From: Camelus dromedarius
Taxonomy: Eukaryota
Direction: 5' to 3'
Length of the DNA: 64,000 nucleotides
Assembly (NCBI RefSeq): GCF_036321535.1
Contig: NC_087436.1
Coordinates: 67,086,001-67,150,000, forward strand
Position numbers and translations under genes: made by a program. Positions 54,650 to 64,000 of this stretch are shown here, piece by piece. Every line of letters starts with the position of its first letter. Positions within the stretch are counted from its first letter, which is position 1. Under the pieces are notes generated by a model. The model saw only the letters and a list, made by a program, of their open reading frames with translations, did no database searches and was not told the DNA's origin.

Positions 54650-57600
54650 GTATCAGTGAAAATGGTATAGTGGAAGCCTCCAAAAATTCTCTCTTCCCTA
54701 AAAGCATGGGGCACTTGCAAAAATCATCAGAATCAACATTTTCATAACTCTGAAAATTATTCTAAGCCTTGTAGCAATCTGAAGAGCATTAGTGCAACAA
54801 AAACAGCTGAATCTCAGCAAAAGGCATGAGTTTTATGGTACTCTAACTTGCTCTATTCCCATTCCTCATCAGCTTCTTGACAGCACTGAAAACCAACATA
54901 TCACAATTAAAGTAAAGATCAGCAGCCTTGCAGCCACTGGAGAAGGCCAAATAAAGTAGGAGCTCCCCAATAGCCCTATTCGTAGAGAACTGTCATTATC
55001 TGACTTGTGTGGTGTTTCCTTGGAAGATCCCACTTGCAAGAGTGTCTTTGTTTGACCTGACATGGAGATCATCCAGCTTATCCATGAATAGCCTTTGACC
55101 CCAGGTTGTTTGTCAAAAACAAATAGAGGCAATTGTGTAACATCACAGCCGCTGAGGTAGTGGGTAATAGTTGGGGCAAACAACTGTTAAACCAGAAACC
55201 CTAAAAGGAAAAACTGGAGAATGAGGTAAACTCTGATACATTCCTGGGGACCTAGAAAGCCACCCACATGGGCAGTGCACATGTCATAAGCTTTACTGAG
55301 CTCACCTCTGGCTGACCCTGAGACTCCATACATGTAAGAAATGAAGACAAAAGGCCTGTTTTCAACTGCCTACCTGTGTGTTGAAAGTGTGCCTTAAGCT
55401 CAGAAACTCTCCTAGAGGACTGGGAGACTTATTGGTTCCAGGTGTTTCTGGAAATCTCTATTCAATCATTAGTGAACCACTAAACTAACTGAACAGAGAT
55501 TTAAGTGGTTACATATGAAAAAGAATAGAATTAGTTCATAAAAGTCTTGAAACAAAAAATAAAAAATAAAAAACCCCACAGAGGGGGATAACTGAGTTTT
55601 CAAAGTTGAAGTTGATACATTGTATTATTCATCATGTCCAGTTTTCAAAAAAAAAATATTATAAGATATGCAAAGAAACAAGAAAGTATGGGAAAGTAAG
55701 GGAAAAAAAATCAGTAAATAGAAACTGTCCTGGTGAAGCCAACATGTTGAACTTACTAGACAAAGAATTTCAATCAGCTATTTGAAATAAGTTGAAAGAA
55801 CTAAAGAAAATGATGCATAAAAAATAATGGAAGGTATGAGAGTAATGTTTCATCACATACAGAGTATCAATAAAGATGTAAATTATATAAAGAAACAAGT
55901 ATAATTATGCAGTTGAAAATTACAACATATGAGATGAAAAATTCATTATGGAACTCACCAGAAGAGCTGAACAAGCATAAGTAAGAATATACAAACTTAA
56001 AAATAGATCAATTAAGATTAATCAGTCTGAGAAACAGAACATAAAAAGAACGAAAATAAATGAACAGTATCTCAGGAAAATATGGAGAACTATTACATAT
56101 GCATAATTTCTCAAGGAGAGGAATGACAGAAAATGGCAGAAAAAATATTTGAGAAAATGATGGTCAAAAATTTGACAAATTTGATGAAAAACACTGATAC
56201 GCACATCTAAACAGCTCAACAGAATCCAAGAAGGATACACTCAAAGAAATTCACACCTAGACGTACCTTAATCAAACCATTAAAAACCATCGCCAAAGAG
56301 AGAATCTTGAAAGTAATAAGGAAGAAGTAACTCTTCATGTATGAGGGAGCTTCAATAAGATTAACAGATTTCTCAACAGAAAACATGAAGGCCATGAGGC
56401 TGTGGGTTAATATATTCAGTGCTGAAAGGGAAAGACTGACAACAAAGATTTCAATGTCCATCAATACTATCCTCTCAAATGAAAGGAGAAATGATGACAT
56501 TCCAGCATAAAAAATGGAAAAAAAAAAAAAAAAAAAAAAGCTTTGCCTCTAGCAAACCTGCACTACAACAAATACTAAAGAAAATATCTCAGGACAAAAT
56601 GATGAAATGAAAGAAAAACCAATAATAAATTCATATGGATATTTGTAAAAACAAATAAAGAGCACCAGTAATCATAATTACTTGGGTAAACATAAAATAC
56701 AAGGTAAAGCTATCTTGCGGGTATGGATATTTTTCTCCTACCTAATGTAAAAGACACCTGCATTAAACAGCAAATGTTAATCTATGTTTTGGGGCATATA
56801 AAAGACACCCAATATATAAAGATGTAATACATAAAGATGTAATTTGTATGACTATAATAGCCCAAAGGAGAGGGAATGAAATGTTGCTAAACAGGGGCAA
56901 AATTTTTGTAAACTATTGAAATTAATTTGGTATTAATCTAAACTCTAGATTGCTATAAATTAAGATGTTAATTGTAATAGAGCAATCACGATGAAAGTAA
57001 CTATATAAAGCATATATTTGTGTGTATATAAACATATAAATGACAATGAAATTAAAATGGTACATTAGAAAATATCTATTTAACACAAAAATAGGCAATA
57101 AAAGAGGAATACAGAAAAAAATTAGACATATAGAAATCAAATGGCAAAACAACAGAGGTACAAATTTTTACTGATTAATGGATTGGTTAAAAGGTCAGAA
57201 AACTTAGAAGAAATATAATCAGAAAATTTGTAACAAGGAGGTTCAGAGAAGAGATATGTAGATAGACCTCTTCAAATAGCTGTAGACTATGAAGATGTTT
57301 TTGTCTCGTTTGAATGTTCCCTGAAAAGCAGCCTCTAGAGAGGAAGACTGTAATCATCAGATAGGCAAGAATAAAAGACAAAAACTCAACAGTAAAAGAC
57401 AAGCCAATTTAAAAAATGATCAAAGGAATGAACAGACAATATCTCCAGAGAAAATATACAGATGGCTAATAAACACATGAAAATGTATTCAACATCATTA
57501 GTCATTAGGGAAATGCAAATCAAAATCTTAAGAGATACTACTTTACAAGCACTGTATTGGATATGATAAAAAGGCAGACAATAACAAGTGTTGACAACAA

Positions 57601-57870
57601 TATTGAGAGATTGAAATACTCATACATTGCTGGTGGGAATGTAAAATAATGCAGCCACTTTAGAAAACATTTTCTTCAACAAGTTAATAATATAATTATC
57701 ATATTACCTAGAGATTCTGTCTCAGAGAACTAAAAAAAGTGTTCACACAAAAACTTGTACACAAGTGTGCATGCAAACATTATTCAGAATAGCTAAAAAG
57801 TAGAAACACCTCAAATGTCCATCAACCATTAAATGGATAAACAAAATACAGCACTTATACAATGGAAATA
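54650..57870 (+). mobile_element. Old L1: 5' UTR and ORF1 (54650-57170) joined to the far 3' part of ORF2 (57370-57870)
   Basis: 5' UTR CAGAATCAACATTTTCATAACTCTG; ORF1 phrases TTGAACTTACTAGACAAAGA and AAAGAGAGAATCTTGAAAG; later AACATCATTAGTCATTAGGGAAATGCAAATCAAAA and CATTGCTGGTGGGAATGTAAAAT. Confidence 0.85.
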
Positions 57871-58984
57871 CTGTAGATATAGCCCTAGTCAAATTTATAT
57901 ACAAATCATCCCATTTATTTCTGTATAAAAACTAGCTATTTCTCTTGAGTCAATGGTTGTATACAAGAACTCAATATCATGTTTTCTTACTAAGACTACA
58001 GGTCTTCACAGAGAGGTATATTATACAGTAAGTGTGCTTATGCTCATAAACATACTTCTGTTTTATTTATCAGTGAATGTGCTTTTACACTTGATGATTG
58101 AGCAAGTATGGGCATATGTTTTTTCTTTTTTGATTGGATTGAGTAATGTGCTGAGCAAGATCATTATGGAAAGGTTTGGTGTCCATTTAATAAATGTATA
58201 GAGTTTTAAAAATAAAATACTACTCCAAAGTTTTAAACTAAAATGTCCTCCATGTCCATCTTGTCTCCCAGATTCAAACAGTTTTAAACTGTTTCTTAGA
58301 TATCTACCATCAAATTCTTACCTTTTATACTATTTCTTGGTATCTAATGCTAGGATTATTGAATGACTTTCAATTACGAACAATAAAGTTTTAGGTTTCT
58401 TTTTTCACAACCATGCTCATTCATACTTTCTCTGTTCACATCTTCAAATACATCACATTTTTGTTTACTATGTTTCACATCATTATGATGTGTTAGTACT
58501 TTACAAGGATGAACCATGAGCTATACTATGATTTTTTCTTCCTTTCTTACATAACTGTTCTTGGAGCTAACAATTGCCTTGTTTTCATTGACTTAGTATT
58601 CTTTCTTAGTACCCAAGTTCTCCCCTGTCCCTTCCCCCATATTATAAATCTCTTCTAATATGGTTAACTACATCAAGAAATCTATTCTTTCTTTTTTTTT
58701 TTCACCTTGAAGATATTCTTTTTGGGCTCCTCTATCCTTCAGCTCTTATACATACTGATTATTTTATGGGCCTGCTAGAAATCTGCCAGCTGCACAACTG
58801 ACATCCACAGACATTCTTTCAGCATCATTATAGAAATTTCTCTAAATTTTCACCTCTTTTCCTATTTCTGTTTCATTAATTTATATCTTTGTGTCTAAGA
58901 GTGTGTAAGAAACAAATATTTTGAGATCTTGTACCTCTGAAAGTATTCACATTCTATCTTACTTTTATTTGCTAATTTATCAGA

Positions 58985-59449
58985 TTTTATTAATTTTTTA
59001 GGGCTGATCTAATAAAGTTTCACAAACTGACTAGCTTAAACAAGAGAAATTTATTGTTGCATAGTTCTGGAGGCCAAAAGTCCAATAACAGGTGTTGGCT
59101 GAGTGGTTCCCTCTGAGTTTTGTGAGGAAGAATCCTTGCCATGTCTCTCCCTGAGTTTCTCGTGTTTTGTTGGCAATGTCTGATGTGCCTTGGCTTGTAT
59201 AAGTATAACCTTGATCTCTGCCTTTATCTTCAGATAGTATTTGTGTCTGTGCCCAAATTTCCCTCTTTTTATAAAGACATTAGTTATACTGGACTAGAGG
59301 TCCATCCTACTCATCACCCTACTCCAGTTATGACTTCATCTCAATTTAACTAATTACATCCTAAATAACACTTTTTTACAAACAGAGTATTGGGGATTAG
59401 GACTCCAACATTTGAATTTTGGGGTGACCCAATTTAATCCAAAACACAG
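58985..59449 (-). mobile_element. MaLR solo LTR (MLT1B/C-like)
   Basis: GCTTAAACAAGAGAAATTTATTG..AGTTCTGGAGGCCAAAAGTCC..CAAATTTCCCTCTTTTTATAAAGACA..ACTAATTACATC. Confidence 0.8.
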
Positions 59450-59716
59450 ACTACGTAATTTTTGTTTGTACATAACTTTTCCTCAGATGATTGAAGGCAT
59501 CTTTAAAAAGTCATATCATATATTTTAATATTGTTGTCAAAAGTTTAATGCTATTTTGGTTCCAGAGAACTCATGTATATACAATATTTTTTCCTATCCT
59601 TTCTCTTTCCTGAATTTTCTTCCTTTCCTGGTGCTCTGAAATTTTCCAATAGCATGTGTTAATGTAGGTATTCATTATTCTATTAATGAAGTTCCTAAAT
59701 CAGTCCATTCAATCTG

Positions 59717-60113
59717 TGTATCAGTCAAGTTTTATCCATAAAAAGCAGAACCAGTAGGAGAGGGATATGTGCATATATACACACATATACATATGTACAT
59801 ATATACAGAAGCATATAAAGAGATCTATTCAACTAAGGGAGGAGCCTGGATAAGTAAGTCAAAAATCCACAGGGAAGCCAGTTACAAAAGGAAGATCATA
59901 AAGTGTTATCCAGGGGAGAAATTTCTTCTCTTTCTTACTGATTAGGGTCAGTGCAACCTAGATTATTCAAAATAATCTCTTAGTTAAAGACATCTGCTCA
60001 AGGGCTTTCCTTACATTTCCAAAATACCTTCACAGCAACACCCAGATTAGTGTTTGATAACTAGGACTGAGCATAGCCTAGAAAAGCTGAATATCAAAAA
60101 AAAATCTATCATA
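59717..60113 (-). mobile_element. ERVL LTR remnant (MLT2-like)
   Basis: TGTATCAGTCAAGTT..GCAGAACCAGTAGGAGA..CAAAATACCTTCACAGCAACACCCAGATTAGTGTTTGA. Confidence 0.72.
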
Positions 60114-62059
60114 ATGTGTAAATAGAACTTTCCTGGTTTTGAGGAATTTTTTGAAATATTTACTTCACAAAGTTCTCTTCAACATTTCTTTATTCGAAAT
60201 TTTTCTCTTTGTTTTGGAACTACTGTGAGACAGCTATTTGGAACACTTTGTTTAACCTCTACATTTTATAAATTCCATTTTCCATCTTTGACTTTTTTTA
60301 TATTTCCTATGCTAGTCTTTTAATCTATCTTTTACCCTCTTAGCAATAAAAGAGTCTATTTTACCCTTAATCCACAATATTTTAATACTTGTTCTCTAAA
60401 TTTTCCTGTTTTATTTCCTCAGTTGCAATAGCTTATCTAATCACTCTAAGATTATTCCCTCTATATATTACATATCAATATAAATACATACATATGTGAT
60501 AATGTGTAGGGATACACATTTATAAATTCATACATATATATAATTATATTCTTCTACTACTTGTGTGGTTTCTTTTCCCACTGATTTTTTTTTTTTTTTG
60601 GTAATATAAGTTTTGGTTCTCTGACTTCTCTCTATTGAAGGATTTTCTTAATAATTTTGGGGGTTTTTTTGCTGATATTTAAGGAGATGAACAAAATACA
60701 TTAAGAGATTTGTGTTTGTACATACAAAAAGTATCTACTATTTATTTTCATCACACCTAATAGCCAGGCATCCAGTTATTTCATGGGTAACCATCTCTCC
60801 CCATGCTGTCTTTATTTCTAGAGTTTTTTCCTTAGGCTAATTAATTTTCCTAGAAAAAGAATTCTTCAGTCTTCTTCCTGGAAGGGTATTAGCTTGGCTA
60901 ACAATATACTTGCAGTCCAGTGGGCAAGGAAACCAGGAGGTCTCCCTGTTCACTATGTAGACTTCCATTTTATCTGTTTTCATGATAGTGCTTTTCCTCT
61001 GACCTCTTATAACCCTGACCAAGTTTCTAATTTCTCTGTTCCAAGCTTTTTAGGAATAAACTCCCTATATTCTCTCAGAGTGCAGATGGAGCAATTAACG
61101 CGATATAGGGAAGTAAAGAGGACAGTAGTGTCTAACTTCTTATTGTGAAGATATTTAATTCATTTTTGTCAGGTTTAGCCTTTCAGTTCTACTTTAAGAA
61201 GTACTTGTTGATTGCCATTGCTAAATCTTCCCAAGACTCTGTGACTTGAATTCCTACAAGATTCTCACTACTCCCAAACCCACATCCTTAGACTTCAGCT
61301 TCTTTGTTTTTGAGAAGTAAAGTACTGATAATCTGTGGCTTCCTTCCTAAAAAATGTTGATATTACTGATACATTCCTTTTCTCTATTCTCCATGATGCT
61401 GCATGTTTAAATATTTTTTTCTTAATTATATTTTTTGTGGGTCTTTAAGAGCTGTTAGAAACAAACATTTGTGAATAATTCTCCAAATTTACTCAGACAA
61501 GCATTTATTTGGGTTGTATTTACTAATCCAATTTCATGAGATTAGTATTTTAGTCAGATATTTATTTTCCTAATTGTGCTGCGTGTCATTAGCACATGAC
61601 ACGAAATCATCTGACAGAGACTGCATGAGCTGTTTATCATCTCTGCTGACTGTGTGTTCCCAGCTGATTTGGTTAAAGAGTAGTTTTAGGGCTACAGCAG
61701 AACATTTCTGAGAGAGTGTACAGCATTGTCTTACTCTTTTGCAGATATTGATGTAACATGGGTCATTGAATGGTGTAATTTCCACTGTACAGTTGCTATT
61801 GATCTCTTCCAGTGAGTCAATATGTGCTTGGTTTATTCTGAAGTCATTTAAACAATTGAGGATGACCAGAGATTTCACAGTCAAATTCTGTCCTCTGGTC
61901 AAATAATGTGCAAAAGAACAATGTTTAGTATTTTATACTCTCTTTATTTAACTGTCAAGACTAGGCAATGGGGTTCTCTGGTTAGAATCATAGGTCAAAA
62001 TTAAGATTGTATGCCGTGTGGTCCTCCCTAGTGCTGCTACTCATGCTCTCTGGTTAGAG

Positions 62060-62260
62060 ACAGACTGTTAAGAATGAGGCTCTGAAGCAAGACTCCAAGT
62101 GTTTCAATTCTGATGCTTTCACCTACAGCATGAGGTATTGGTACCGGGCAAGTCTCCTTATCTCACTAGCTTCAATTTCTTCATCTGTAGAATGCCAACA
62201 GTAATAACACTAATTAATAATAATAATAATAATACCCTTTTCCTGTTGCTATAAATGATT
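62060..62260 (+). mobile_element. MIR SINE with an internal (TAA)n expansion
   Basis: GTTAAGAATGAGGCTCTGAAGC..GGGCAAGTCTCCTTATCTC..CTTCAATTTCTTCATCTGTAGAATG. Confidence 0.7.
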
Positions 62261-62754
62261 TTATTTTTTATTAAATTATGTGCTTGGGACACGGTAAATC
62301 TCATCATCATCATTATTATTATTAAATGGGAAATGAGTTCAAAAGCTGACAGACAGGTAGCTGAAGAAAATTTCAAGACTGTTATGTGGAGCAATCATTT
62401 TTCTGGAAGGACAACTATACTTCCGTCTCCTTTGCTATGGTCTTATCAATCCTTTCAAATTTCTAAACATTTTGTCCAGTAATACTGGAAATTCGTCACG
62501 TAATATGGTGGAGATTGTTCTCAGAGGGATTCTTGAAAGGCAGTCAATGTTTTTTGTTTGTTTGGAGACAGTGAAGGAAGGGAGGAGAAATAAAAAGAGG
62601 GGACTTCCAATAGCAACTCCATTATTTGTTACACTGCAGTCCCTTTAAAGTGCAGATGCAAAACTGAACCATGGGACACGGAGCCTGAAGTGCCGTGACC
62701 CAGTACCCCTGTCTGTCTGCACCTTACGGGCCAGGCCGGGTCGGCCGCACTTAC

Positions 62755-62920
62755 CACGGAGTGCCGGAGGCAGGCCGCTGGAACGCTCCGGGTTTTCAGA
62801 TGAGCAGCGAGGAGCTGCTGTCTTCCCCGACGTCGACGTCTGATGAATGCAGGTAAGAAAATCCGCGAGCGCAGTGAGGAGCTGGGAAGTGCTCACGCAG
62901 CCAGCCCCGCTGGGCACTTC
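62755..62920 (-). other. Candidate non-coding first exon of a divergent minus-strand transcript; start is approximate
   Basis: Minus-strand donor GTG|GTAAGT (plus ACTTAC 62749-62754). No ATG in the candidate exon. Confidence 0.4.
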
Positions 62921-63009
62921 GGGCTGACTAGCCCTCTCAGGCCAGGACCTCCACGGTCCTGACGGGGGCGGGGGCGTTCCAGGGCGCACCTGGGCCGCAC
63001 TTCCTGGGC

Positions 63010-63124
63010 CGCACTTCCGGTGACCCTGGGAGCCGCCAGTGCGCAGGTCTGACGCCTGAGTAGGAGTCTGCGGAACCCGCGAGGGACCCATGGGAGGGCT
63101 GTGCTGGAAGTCGTGAGGACGGGG
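63010..63124 (+). other. Candidate non-coding first exon of a plus-strand gene; start is approximate
   Basis: Follows the CTTCCGG ETS site and ends at GGG|GTGAGT (63125-63130). G-run-rich, intron-like sequence follows. Confidence 0.45.
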
Positions 63125-64000
63125 GTGAGTGGCGGCCCCAGGCCGGTTGGCCAGGGGGTGGGCGGGGGTTTGTGGTTCTGAGGCTGGCAGGTTTCTGCTG
63201 CCCCGCGGAGCGTGGACCCTGGAGACTCAGCTCCTCAGAGGGCACGTGGTGGGCCTGCTCACTGGACGTGGGGGCGGGGGTGGTGAGGAGGGTGCTGTCC
63301 TTGCCCTGGGAAGGCACCTGCTGGCTGGCTTCAGGCTTAGCCAAACGTTGAGGCCACTTTTTGTGCCACCCACAGGCTTTCTTATGTCCTAGGCATCGGG
63401 GTTTGGAGAAGTTTGGGAAGCAGAATCTTAATTGTTTGGAAAAGTTGCGTTATAAAAGAAAGATAGTCACTCAGAGTTTTACGGAGAAAAATACTACTCT
63501 GCACCCCCATCCCAGGCAAATAGTTTTATAGAATGACCAAGATCAGAAAGCTGATAGCCAAGAGGCAAATTACCCACACAATTATCCTGTTACTCAGCAT
63601 TTGTTTATGTTGCTTCTTTTAATCACATCGCATTTTTCTCTTCGTATTCAAGTTGGAATGCGGTAACAATAAGATATCATTTTACCATTTTAAACAATGC
63701 AACTATCACATATTTAAGACATTCCTTCCAAACAGGATAGACACAAAGTCCATCTACCTCTGTATTATGCTCTGACTGATGTAAATTCCTCTTTGAGTTT
63801 GTTCACAATTACGTCTGAATATTTTGTAGCCCCAGTTTGTAAAGTAAACCAACACCAACACTGATTCTATGAAAATAAAAACTAGGGGAAAGGAGTGAAA
63901 GTTGGTAGTGTATGCATACAGTTCCCATTTCTGAAAGGACCATGAAGTCACGGTTGCTATCTGTTGCTTCCTTCTTCCATTTTCTATTCATAATGCTTTT

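Larger units (their letters stand above)
62670..63270. promoter_or_regulatory. CpG island, probable bidirectional promoter of an unidentified gene
   Basis: The only GC- and CpG-rich stretch in the window. GC box GGGGCGGGG at ~62965-62973. Tandem ETS/GABP sites in a doubled 14-mer TGGGCCGCACTTCC (62991-63018). Splice donors on both strands. Confidence 0.85.

Noticed and set aside
62645..63392. 148-, 135- and 87-aa ORFs in the CpG island
   Set aside because: Pro/Gly/Arg/Ala-rich open frames are expected from stop-codon scarcity in GC-rich DNA. No recognisable homology.

Overview
AT-rich, repeat-dense mammalian genomic DNA with no intact protein-coding gene that I can recognise. Two tRNA-Ala-derived SINEs of the Vic-1 type suggest a camelid. 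Most of the window is intergenic or intronic sequence made of old L1, L2, MIR, MaLR/ERVL LTRs and MER DNA transposons, and nearly all ORFs in the track are chance or repeat-derived. Four elements stand out. (1) A semi-processed RPS3 retrocopy (8733-9467) keeps what looks like the 3' end of an intron, is spliced downstream, ends at a distal poly(A) site and sits between ~300-bp direct repeats that start at an L1 TT/AAAA site. (2) A compact two-LTR provirus on the minus strand (14108-17833) has a tRNA-Arg primer-binding site, a class III (ERVL/HERV-S-like) gag remnant, no recognisable pol and a class I ERVPABLB-like env remnant. (3) A short polyadenylated LTR-end retrocopy lies at 48895-49087. 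(4) A CpG island at about 62670-63270 looks like a bidirectional promoter, with outward-facing splice donors. All repeat and protein family names come from recalled consensus sequences, not database searches.
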